From an uncultured virus (IMG/VR IMGVR_UViG_3300025133_000078) (Duplodnaviria > Heunggongvirae > Uroviricota > Caudoviricetes): a stretch of DNA of 20,000 nt. Location of the stretch: IMG/VR virus record IMGVR_UViG_3300025133_000078; one strand, written 5' to 3'. A program made the translations under genes and the position numbers. The notes under the pieces were generated by a model. That model did no database searches. It had not been told where the DNA came from and was given only the letters and a program-made list of their open reading frames with translations. Of the stretch, positions 8,336-16,611 are shown piece by piece (the stretch's first letter is position 1; the number at the start of each line of letters is the position of its first letter).

Positions 8336-9337
8336 ATGTCTTCATTATTAGAACAAGCAATCATCGACGCCACGGCACTTCGAGAGGCTGCCGTCAAGAA
8401 CGCAGAATCAGCAATTTTGGATAAATATTCCACAGATATCAGGGAGGCTGTTGAATCCTTACTGGAGCAGGACGAGGAGTTGACATCCGATGAGGAAGGA
8501 GGTCCTCTGGTTTCCTCTTCCAATTTGGAAGATAGTATCCCTCCGGCTTTTGCATCGGACGACGGCTTGGAAGAACAAGAAATCGTTGTTGATTTTAAGG
8601 ATCTCAAAGCTATGGCTGAACAACTGACTGACGCTGAAGAGAGCGCCGAAGGTGGAGACCCGATGGGCGAACCCCTCCCCCACCCAACTGGAGTTGGCGA
8701 AGAGGAGGTTGCGACCTCTTCTGTTGAGGTCGCCCTCGAAGAAGAAATCGAATTTGATCTTGACGACGTTGACGAACTTATCGAAGAATTGGTTGTCGAC
8801 ATCGCACCACAAAAAAGCGGCTGGGCAGGAACCCCCGGAGACATTATGAATTACAAAGAAGAATTAGCACTAGCCAGACGCTCCGGAACAGAAGCGCTAG
8901 CGCAAGTAAAAGCATTGACACAGGCTGGAGAAAGACTTTCAGAGTCCAACGAGAGACTCAAGGCGAAAAACGCCAAAATGTTGGAAGCACTCCAGATCTT
9001 AAAAGAAAGTATCAATAAAGTCAATCTCTCAAACGCGAGATTGGTTTACACGAATAAGGTTTTAACAGACAACTCCTTGAATGAGCGACAAAAACGTAAA
9101 ATTGTCGATGCACTGTCTAAATCAGATTCAATTGAGGAAGCAAAGGTAATATTCGAAACTCTAAAAAGCGCCGTGGGAAGTGTATCAGGTAAAGCACGTC
9201 CACAATCACTCCGCGAGACCATCGAAAGACCCTCTGCCACTTTACCTAGAAGACAGGCTAGAAATGTTGACTCTCCAATGATGGATAGGATGCAAATTTT
9301 AGCCGGCATTAAGGCACACAACAAAGGAGATTTTTAA
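8336..9337 (+). CDS. Prohead scaffolding/core protein (gp22-like)
   Basis: Immediately upstream of the MCP; highly acidic N-half, coiled-coil C-half, many (L/I)-x-E potential protease sites; ends MDRMQILAGIK. Confidence 0.8.
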   Translation: MSSLLEQAIIDATALREAAVKNAESAILDKYSTDIREAVESLLEQDEELTSDEEGGPLVSSSNLEDSIPPAFASDDGLEEQEIVVDFKDLKAMAEQLTDAEESAEGGDPMGEPLPHPTGVGEEEVATSSVEVALEEEIEFDLDDVDELIEELVVDIAPQKSGWAGTPGDIMNYKEELALARRSGTEALAQVKALTQAGERLSESNERLKAKNAKMLEALQILKESINKVNLSNARLVYTNKVLTDNSLNERQKRKIVDALSKSDSIEEAKVIFETLKSAVGSVSGKARPQSLRETIERPSATLPRRQARNVDSPMMDRMQILAGIKAHNKGDF

Positions 9338-9341
9338 AATC

Positions 9342-11039
9342 ATGTCTATTCTAAACAAACTTACTGAAGGTATTGTTCGACGCGATCTCTCCAAGGAAGG
9401 TCACGCTCTTCTCACAAAGTGGGAAAAGACTGGTCTACTTGAAGGACTACACGGCGAACGAGCCAAACACGGGATGGCTTCATTGCTTGAAAACCAAGCA
9501 AAGGAACTACTTCGTGAGGCCAGCACTATGTCTGGCGGAGATGTCGAGGGTTTTTCCTCGGTCGCATTTCCAATTGTCCGACGAGTATTCGGCGGACTGA
9601 TCGCAAACGATCTTGTTAGCGTTCAACCTATGAGCCTCCCATCGGGACTCATTTTCTTCCTCGACTTCACTTATGATCGCAACCGCTTGGATACTGATGC
9701 ATCAGCATCTGTATACGGTGGTGGAGTTGTTGGTCAGCAGATTACTGGCGGTGTTTCACTTGCTGGCGATCTTGCCGAGCAGAGCTACTACTCTCTCAAT
9801 AACGGCTATTCAAGCCCAACTCAATCGTTGGGTGTAACCCTAACTGTGGTTGCTTCGGGTACTGTTGGTGATCCAACTGCTGGCGACAACGTTGGTCGTC
9901 TTTGCCGCTTTGACCCAGACTTGGAAGGTGTAAATGTTGCTGTTGGGGTTATCCCCTTGAGCGATATGACTCCTACAACCGGACAGCTCAACATCAAAGA
10001 TTATGTTACCATTACTTTGATGGACGGAGCTGCTATCACCTCTAAGCAGACCACTCAAGTAAGGAGACTTACTCGTGACGCGAATGCTCTAGACATCGCA
10101 GTTGCTGGCATATCCGCCGGCGACTTGATTGTTGTCGGGACAGGCGCCACAATCGGGGCCGCTACGGCATCTCTTGCGAGTTGTGTCAGCGCATCTTGGG
10201 TTATCGACGATAACTTTGGAGACGGCGGAGCACTCGGCTCTGTTGTTGGTAACATAACTTGGGGGCTGGAAGGCTCAGAAGCAATCCCAGAAATCGACAT
10301 CAAGGTCGACTCTGTGGCTGTCACTGCGAAAACCAAGAAGCTCAAGGCTAAGTGGACGCCAGAATTGGCTCAAGACTTGAACGCATACCATAACTTGGAT
10401 GCCGAAGTCGAATTGACCTCAATTCTTTCTGAACACATCGCTCTTGAGATCGACCAAGAAATCTTGGAAGATTTGGTTAAAGGCTCAACCGCCGAAACCC
10501 TTCACTGGTCTCGTTTGCCGGGTAAGTTCGTAAATCGCCAAACTGGTGCAGGACTTGATCCTTCAGTTGGCTTCCCAGACTTCACCGGTAACGTATCTGA
10601 ATGGTACGAAACCCTGATTGAGACCATCAACGATGTCTCAGCTCAAATTCACCGCAAAACCCTTAGAGGCGGCGCTAACTTCATCGTGTGTTCACCTGAA
10701 GTTGCAAACCTCCTTGAGTTCACTGCTGGATTTAGAGGCTCCGTGACTCATGACGATGATCGTGGTCAGGTTGGTGCTGTTAAAGTCGGCTCTTTGAGTA
10801 AGAAGTTTGACGTTTACGTCGATCCTTACTTCCCACGGAACGTTGTTCTCGCAGGACGTAAAGGTTCTTCTTTCCTCGAAAGCGGATATGTATACGCACC
10901 GTATGTACCTCTCCAGATGACTCCTACCATTTTCGGTACCGAGGACTTCGTGCCGCGTAAAGGCGTCATGACTCGCTATGCGAAGAAGATGGTTCGCCCG
11001 GATATGTACGGCCTCGTTATCGTTCAAGATCTAGTCTAA
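9342..11039 (+). CDS. gp23: Major capsid protein (T4 gp23-like)
   Basis: LLENQ, PIVRRVFGGLIANDLVSVQPMSLPSGLIFFL, VTAKTKKLKAKWTPELAQDLNAYHNLDAEVELTSILSEHIALEIDQEI, GYVYAPYVPL and PRKGVMTRYA; SD AAGGAG. Confidence 0.97.
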   Translation: MSILNKLTEGIVRRDLSKEGHALLTKWEKTGLLEGLHGERAKHGMASLLENQAKELLREASTMSGGDVEGFSSVAFPIVRRVFGGLIANDLVSVQPMSLPSGLIFFLDFTYDRNRLDTDASASVYGGGVVGQQITGGVSLAGDLAEQSYYSLNNGYSSPTQSLGVTLTVVASGTVGDPTAGDNVGRLCRFDPDLEGVNVAVGVIPLSDMTPTTGQLNIKDYVTITLMDGAAITSKQTTQVRRLTRDANALDIAVAGISAGDLIVVGTGATIGAATASLASCVSASWVIDDNFGDGGALGSVVGNITWGLEGSEAIPEIDIKVDSVAVTAKTKKLKAKWTPELAQDLNAYHNLDAEVELTSILSEHIALEIDQEILEDLVKGSTAETLHWSRLPGKFVNRQTGAGLDPSVGFPDFTGNVSEWYETLIETINDVSAQIHRKTLRGGANFIVCSPEVANLLEFTAGFRGSVTHDDDRGQVGAVKVGSLSKKFDVYVDPYFPRNVVLAGRKGSSFLESGYVYAPYVPLQMTPTIFGTEDFVPRKGVMTRYAKKMVRPDMYGLVIVQDLV

Positions 11040-11063
11040 AAACGATACTTAACGTAATTAATT

Positions 11064-11100
11064 GCCCCTCTCCGTTTTTCGGAGGGGGGTTTGTTTGTTT
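11064..11100 (+). terminator. Rho-independent terminator after the MCP
   Basis: GCCCCTCTCCG-TTTTT-CGGAGGGGGGT, an 11-bp stem with 2 G-U pairs, followed by TTGTTTGTTT. Confidence 0.88.
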
Positions 11101-11104
11101 AGAA

Positions 11105-11115
11105 ACTAATTAAAG
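11105..11115 (+). promoter_or_regulatory. Candidate late promoter variant ACTAATTAAAG upstream of the neck operon
   Basis: Sits between the MCP terminator and the AGGAGG SD of the next gene; a variant of ACTATTTATAG with 2 mismatches. Confidence 0.45.
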
Positions 11116-11132
11116 CAGGAGGGCCCCAAAAT

Positions 11133-12401
11133 ATGGCATTGCCTACATTATCACCCAAAAGTCAGATGAGCAAATCAATTTTGCCACCGACAGGTACCGT
11201 CGCCAACGTTGCAGCAACATTGCCTCTTGGAATTTATGACTCGTCAGACTCTTTTCTTTCTGGCGCCGCTGATCAGGTTGCCTATACATATAAGAAGCTT
11301 GGAGGAGATATTTTAGACATTGAGTTGAGGGCGGGTAATGTCTATGCGAACTATGAAGAGGCCGTTCTTGAATATAGCTACTTGGTGAATCTTCACCAAT
11401 CAAAAAATATGCTTTCGGATGTTCTCGGCCAAGCAACCGGCACTTTCGACCAGGACGGCAACATTGTCACCGGCCCGGAAGGTGTAAACTTAAAATTCCC
11501 CCGCGTCATGTTCGAATACGCGAGAAGGGTTTCAGACGGATTCTCTTTTGAGGCGAGTGTCGGAGGAACAATCCCGATTTATTCAGCCTCTTTCAAATTG
11601 GAGGAGGGCAAACAAGATTATGACTTGCAGGCTATCATTTCAGGATCATCAGCAACTGGTGTTGGCCCGAACGGAGACCCAGTTGAGTTTGATGGTGTCG
11701 TTCAAGATAAGAGAGTTATAGTCAAAAAAGTATTTTTTAAGACGCCTAACGCCATGTGGAGATTCTTCGGGTATTTTGGCGGCCTCAACGTCGTCGGAAA
11801 TATGAATTATTATGGACAGTACACCGATGATTCATCTTTTGAATTAATTCCGTCTTGGCATAATAAGCTTCAAGCAAAAGCGTTCGAGGATCACTTGTGG
11901 ACAAGATTGTCTCACTATTCTTTCGAATTGAGAAATAATAAATTAAGAATTTTCCCACAGCCGGATCTTTTGAGCACCTATAGATATATGTGGGTCGAGT
12001 TCTCGGTTATACCAAACAGCTGGGACAACCCCCCGGGATACAAGGATGGAGTCGACGGGGTAAACAACATGAATACCATCCCGTTTGATAATATTCCATA
12101 TGAAAATATTAACGCAATTGGTAAACAATGGATCCGAAGATTCGCCCTCGCGCTCTCTAAGGAGACGCTTGGCCAAATCCGTGGAAAATTTCAAACAATA
12201 CCGATTCCTGGGGAGAGCGTTAATTTAAATGCAGACGCCCTATTAGGGCAGGCCCAAGCAGAACAAGAGGCTTTAAGGACAGAATTAAAAGAGATTATGG
12301 ATCAACTTACCTATGTAGAGATGGCAAAACAAGATTCTGAAAAGTCGGAGGCGGTCAATACGATTCAAAAGCGTGTTCCAAATCTAATTTTTCAGGGATA
12401 G
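11133..12401 (+). CDS. gp13: Neck/head-completion protein (T4 gp13-like)
   Basis: N-terminal YKKLGGDILDIEL....YANYEEAVLEY and C-terminal WIRRFALALSKETLGQIRGKF..IPIPGESVNLNADALLGQAQAEQEAL are gp13-type signatures; SD AGGAGG. Confidence 0.82.
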   Translation: MALPTLSPKSQMSKSILPPTGTVANVAATLPLGIYDSSDSFLSGAADQVAYTYKKLGGDILDIELRAGNVYANYEEAVLEYSYLVNLHQSKNMLSDVLGQATGTFDQDGNIVTGPEGVNLKFPRVMFEYARRVSDGFSFEASVGGTIPIYSASFKLEEGKQDYDLQAIISGSSATGVGPNGDPVEFDGVVQDKRVIVKKVFFKTPNAMWRFFGYFGGLNVVGNMNYYGQYTDDSSFELIPSWHNKLQAKAFEDHLWTRLSHYSFELRNNKLRIFPQPDLLSTYRYMWVEFSVIPNSWDNPPGYKDGVDGVNNMNTIPFDNIPYENINAIGKQWIRRFALALSKETLGQIRGKFQTIPIPGESVNLNADALLGQAQAEQEALRTELKEIMDQLTYVEMAKQDSEKSEAVNTIQKRVPNLIFQG

Positions 12402-12411
12402 GAAAAGATAA

Positions 12412-13284
12412 ATGAGCAGCAAAAAAGAACAATATGATGGTTTCCGCCCATACTATCCAGACGAAATCTCTCCCTCGGAAAAAAAGCCACTGAGAGAGGT
12501 TACTATGATGCCATCTACGGTAGAAACCATAGATTTTGCCCTTTTCGACTGGCTCAATGAGGGGCTGGATATCTTTTGTACAACGAACGAGGGGTGGAGA
12601 AAGGTCCCGCTTGTTTGGTCGATGCCAGAAAGAGCCTTTCAGGCAAAAGATAACAAAGATTTGAGAAATAAAGATAATGTATTCACTCTTCCTGCAATCA
12701 GCATAGAACGCTCATCTTTAATAAAAGACCCCAGTATGAAGGGAGTTGCTTGGGCTCATATCCCACGACAGAATGATGCGAAGGGTGGCGCCATTACGGT
12801 GGCCAGAAGAATTCAACAAGAAAAGACATCAAATTTTGCCAATGCCACCTCGGAAAGAAGATTTAAGCAACAAACACAGCCATTTAATAATAAAAAGGTG
12901 GTTTATGAAACCATAACAATGCCAATTCCCACCTATGTCGTAGCGAATTATAAATTAACAATCAATACTGAGTACCAGCAGCAAATGAACGAGATTTTTA
13001 CTCCCTTTATGACACACACTGGCCAGATTAATAACTTCTTTATGACTCGTGACGGCCACAAATTTGAGGGTTTTATAGAAAATGATTTCGTGCTAGAAAA
13101 TAACACCTCAAATCTTGCCGAGGAGGAGAGGAGTTTTAAGACTGCTATCAACTTAAAGGTCTTGGGATATTTGATAGGCTCTGCCGGAAACGACAATCAG
13201 CCAAAAATAACAATTAGGGAAAACGCAGCAGAATTTAGGTTCACCAGAGAAAGAGTTGTACTCGGTGATAAAAAGGATTATTAA
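12412..13284 (+). CDS. Tail completion / sheath-stabiliser protein (gp15-like)
   Basis: KVPLVWSMPER, LPAISIER, P.YV..NY.L.I.TEYQQQMNEI and ER.F.T.INLKVLGYL resemble the gp15 pattern; lies between neck genes. Confidence 0.65.
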   Translation: MSSKKEQYDGFRPYYPDEISPSEKKPLREVTMMPSTVETIDFALFDWLNEGLDIFCTTNEGWRKVPLVWSMPERAFQAKDNKDLRNKDNVFTLPAISIERSSLIKDPSMKGVAWAHIPRQNDAKGGAITVARRIQQEKTSNFANATSERRFKQQTQPFNNKKVVYETITMPIPTYVVANYKLTINTEYQQQMNEIFTPFMTHTGQINNFFMTRDGHKFEGFIENDFVLENNTSNLAEEERSFKTAINLKVLGYLIGSAGNDNQPKITIRENAAEFRFTRERVVLGDKKDY

Positions 13285-13288
13285 ATAA

Positions 13289-14107
13289 ATGGCCGACGAC
13301 GACGAAAATAAGTGGACAAGACCTTCAAACCCTCCCCCTCCCCTTTTTCTAGGAGAGCGAGAGAGAAATTTAGTCAAGCAAGTTAATGATGAGCTTCTTG
13401 AGCGAGTCATCGGCCAGCAGATAACATACTTACCTATTTCTATGGAAAGGACAAACTTCCACCCACTTTATGGTGAAGCTATCGAGAAAAGCTTCCTCCC
13501 ACCAGTCAGGGTTTATGCCCTGGTAGAGTTTGAGGGGATTCAAACAACAACAGAAAACTTCGGACTCGACAAGTCCAATAATATCACAGTTAGGTTTCAC
13601 GAGAGAAGGCTATTCGAAGATCAAGACCTATATGTTCGAGAGGGTGATTATGTTCAATATGGGTCCTCGTTCTTTGAAATTATCACCCTCAAGGAGGGGC
13701 GCCAACTGTTTGGCCAAATTGATCATCTCTTTCAAATAGAGGCAACATGTATAAGAACCCGAAAGGGCCTCTTGGACCTTGAAGTGCTTCCTTCCGATAC
13801 TATATCAGCAATCTTAGAAAGCACGCCAGAAGATACACTGGACGTTTACGGCCAATCTATAGCAAGAATAATCTATACACAAGACGCTGTTGCGCTTATC
13901 TCTGCCGGCTCATCTTTAAATGGTTTTCTCGGAGTCTCGGGAAAAGTATCCCAAGCGCGCTCGGCCGTTTATCAAGATGGTATAAGACAAAAGCTAACCA
14001 ACAGCCCAACTACGGGAGAGTTTTATATTCAAAGCGGGGAACTCTTTAGTTCATTTGACATCGGCATCGGTGTTCGAGTACTCCTGGAGGCCCTGACTTT
14101 AGTATGA
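13289..14107 (+). CDS. Neck protein (T4 gp14-like head closure) with C-terminal extension
   Basis: ELLERVIGQQITYLP...LYGEAIEKSF, FGLD, and VREGDYVQY...FFEI...LFGQ pattern of gp14-like proteins. Confidence 0.7.
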   Translation: MADDDENKWTRPSNPPPPLFLGERERNLVKQVNDELLERVIGQQITYLPISMERTNFHPLYGEAIEKSFLPPVRVYALVEFEGIQTTTENFGLDKSNNITVRFHERRLFEDQDLYVREGDYVQYGSSFFEIITLKEGRQLFGQIDHLFQIEATCIRTRKGLLDLEVLPSDTISAILESTPEDTLDVYGQSIARIIYTQDAVALISAGSSLNGFLGVSGKVSQARSAVYQDGIRQKLTNSPTTGEFYIQSGELFSSFDIGIGVRVLLEALTLV

Positions 14108-15312
14108 GTATTTTTAGAGAACATAAATCAATTGCAGACCGTTCGGCCGCCGATAGAAAGAGGCATAAGCAAAAGATTAACAAAGCCTTGCGAGAGGGAA
14201 TAAAAGATGTCATCGCCGACGAATCAATCATCGGGCAGAGCGGCAAGAAAAAGGTAAAAATTCCAGTAAAAGGAATAAAAGAATACCAACTAGTCTATGG
14301 AGATAACGACAAGAATAAAAAAGTTAGTTCCGCCGGCGACAAAGAGATAGAAAAGGGGCAGGTAGTCAGAAGGGGCAAGAAAAAAGAGAAGGGTAAGCAG
14401 GGCCAAAAGGGCTCAAAGGACGCCGGCGAGGAATATTATGATGTTGAGATCACGCTAGATGAATTGGCGGAATACCTATTCCAAGATTTGGAGCTCCCAG
14501 CCCTGGAAAGAAAGAAATTTAAATTTATACGAGACAAGAAACTAAAAAGATCTGGCTTTCGAAAGAAGGGAATGAGGTCGAGGCTTTCCAAGAAGGAAAC
14601 TATAAAAAGAAAAATCAGAAGAAAAAAGATGGCACACGCCGCCGGCACTTATGATCCCGATGGTGAAGAGAGATTTCCTTTTCACGAAGACGATTTAAAA
14701 TATAAACATGTGAAGTTGAAGACACAAGAGAATAATTCTGCTGTTATTTTTTTTCTAATGGATGTTTCTGGCTCCATGTGTAAAGATAAGAAATTCATGG
14801 CAAGAAGTTTTTATTTTCTTCTTTATCAATTTTTGAACTACAAATATAACAATATAGAGGTTGTCTTTATCTCTCACTCTGTCGATGCCAAAGAGGTGAG
14901 TGAGGACGATTTTTTCAAGAGAGCCACTAGCGGCGGAACAGTCATGTCTTCTGCCCTCGAACTAGAAAGAGAAATTATTAGAAAGAGATATCACCCGTCT
15001 AGCTGGAACATTTATACTTTTTATTCTGGGGATGGCGATAACTTTTCTTTTGATGACTCGAAAGTTATAGATTTATTTGACGAATTAAAGGCAATCAACC
15101 AGATGATTTGTTATGCAGAAATTGATCCCAGATCTCACCCGGAGAGCGAGTTGGGATCGTTGCTTGGTACCTTCAACTACCGTGCCAGCGAGGCATCAAA
15201 ATTGTGGCTAAAATTAAATAGAATTGTTGATGATAAATTCAAAAAAATAAAAATTTCTAAACCAACGCACATTTGGCCTTCTTTTAGAAAATTGTTTGGA
15301 GGAGCCCCATGA
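14104..15312 (+). CDS. yeaH: YeaH/YhbH family (DUF444/UPF0229) VWA-domain protein
   Basis: N-terminal DRSAADRKRH...ESIIG...VKIPVKGIKEY, ELAEYLFQDLELP, PFHEDDLKY, MIDAS-like FFLMDVSGSM, SGGT, RYHPSSWNIY and SGDGDN. Confidence 0.93.
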   Translation: MSIFREHKSIADRSAADRKRHKQKINKALREGIKDVIADESIIGQSGKKKVKIPVKGIKEYQLVYGDNDKNKKVSSAGDKEIEKGQVVRRGKKKEKGKQGQKGSKDAGEEYYDVEITLDELAEYLFQDLELPALERKKFKFIRDKKLKRSGFRKKGMRSRLSKKETIKRKIRRKKMAHAAGTYDPDGEERFPFHEDDLKYKHVKLKTQENNSAVIFFLMDVSGSMCKDKKFMARSFYFLLYQFLNYKYNNIEVVFISHSVDAKEVSEDDFFKRATSGGTVMSSALELEREIIRKRYHPSSWNIYTFYSGDGDNFSFDDSKVIDLFDELKAINQMICYAEIDPRSHPESELGSLLGTFNYRASEASKLWLKLNRIVDDKFKKIKISKPTHIWPSFRKLFGGAP

Positions 15313-16610
15313 AAGACTGGTCGATAAAAGAGTTGCAAAAGTGGGATGATAAAATTTGCAAGATAGCTAGGGAAAAGTACGGGCTCGATTGGTTTCCCAT
15401 TGAATATGAGATATTAAATTATCATGAAATGATTGGCGCCATGGCCTATGTCGGACTTCCCACTCACTACAGGCACTGGTCATTTGGAAAGAGCTTCGAA
15501 AGAACCATAACGCGATATAACCTTGGAATGGAGGGTCTCCCTTATGAGATGATTATTAACTCCAATCCGTCAATAGCATATCTCATGCTTGAGAATCCGA
15601 TGAGTACTCATTTGTTGACCATGGCCCATTGTGTGGGACATTCAGATTTCTTCAAGAATAATCGGATGTTTGCAGAAACAAATCCAGATAATGTTATTGC
15701 TAGCTTCAAGTCAGCGGGAAAAAGAGTTCAGGCATATATAGAGGATCCGAATATTGGAATAGACAAGGTGGAGACCGTTTTAGATGCATGTCACTCTATC
15801 CAGTATCAACTCCCCAGAACCCCCGGAATACGGCGAAAAACAGAAGCAGAAGCAAAAATGGCCCTTTTTAAAAAAACCAACGGAGTGCTTGATGTAAAAA
15901 GTGGTTTGGTGCAAAAAGATTATAATTTACTGGGCTTTATTGGGAAAAATTCACGAGACCTAGAGAACTGGGAGCAAGATCTTGTTGAAATGGTGGAAAG
16001 AAGATCTCTTTATTTTATGCCCCAAGCTCAAACTAAAATTATGAACGAGGGCTGGGCCGTTACAATTCATGAAAAAATCATGAAAGATCTGGATCTCCCC
16101 GACAAATATCACCTATCTTTCTTAAAAACCCACAATCAAGTTGTGCGCCCAATCATGGGGAGGGTTAATCCATACCACCTCGGATACTCGATTTTTAAGG
16201 ACATTGAAAAAAGATATGGATTTGAGGCGAGTAAAGAAGCCAGAGAAACTCATAGCGACGAGTCCTTTATAAGAAATTTCCTAACAGAAGATCTATGCCG
16301 AGAATTAAATTTATTCAGCTACTCCTATAAGAAGGCAACAGATAATTATACTATTTCTGAAATTTCTGACGAAGAGGGGTGGAAAAGCGTTCGCGACAAC
16401 CTAATTAAGAATACAGGATTAAAGGGGATCCCAGTTGTTTATGTTAGTGACTTTGATAAAAAGACAAATACTCTCTACATCGATCACGAACACGACGGCC
16501 GTGACCTTGAATTATCCTATGCGCAGCGCGTTTACGAGCAGATCTGTTCCTTGTGGAAGGACGAGGTATGTTTTACAACAATAATTGAAGGGGAACCTTG
16601 GGAATTTTAA
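15309..16610 (+). CDS. spoVR: SpoVR/YcgB family protein
   Basis: GLPTHYRHWSFGK, GLPYEMIINSNPSIAYLM, AHCVGHSDFFKNN, YFMPQAQTKIMNEGWA, NPYHLG, DESFIRNFLT and HEHDGRDL. Confidence 0.95.
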   Translation: MKDWSIKELQKWDDKICKIAREKYGLDWFPIEYEILNYHEMIGAMAYVGLPTHYRHWSFGKSFERTITRYNLGMEGLPYEMIINSNPSIAYLMLENPMSTHLLTMAHCVGHSDFFKNNRMFAETNPDNVIASFKSAGKRVQAYIEDPNIGIDKVETVLDACHSIQYQLPRTPGIRRKTEAEAKMALFKKTNGVLDVKSGLVQKDYNLLGFIGKNSRDLENWEQDLVEMVERRSLYFMPQAQTKIMNEGWAVTIHEKIMKDLDLPDKYHLSFLKTHNQVVRPIMGRVNPYHLGYSIFKDIEKRYGFEASKEARETHSDESFIRNFLTEDLCRELNLFSYSYKKATDNYTISEISDEEGWKSVRDNLIKNTGLKGIPVVYVSDFDKKTNTLYIDHEHDGRDLELSYAQRVYEQICSLWKDEVCFTTIIEGEPWEF

Positions 16611-16611
16611 T

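Noticed and set aside
8302..8844. 180-aa Ser-rich minus-strand ORF and the other minus-strand ORFs in the track
   Set aside because: Nearly all overlap well-supported + strand genes and none has recognisable motifs. Ser richness mirrors the Glu/Asp codons of the scaffold.
16585..16611. TTG start for prkA given in the ORF track
   Set aside because: It overlaps spoVR by 26 nt. ATG 16612, right after the spoVR stop, fits coupling and typical PrkA length better.
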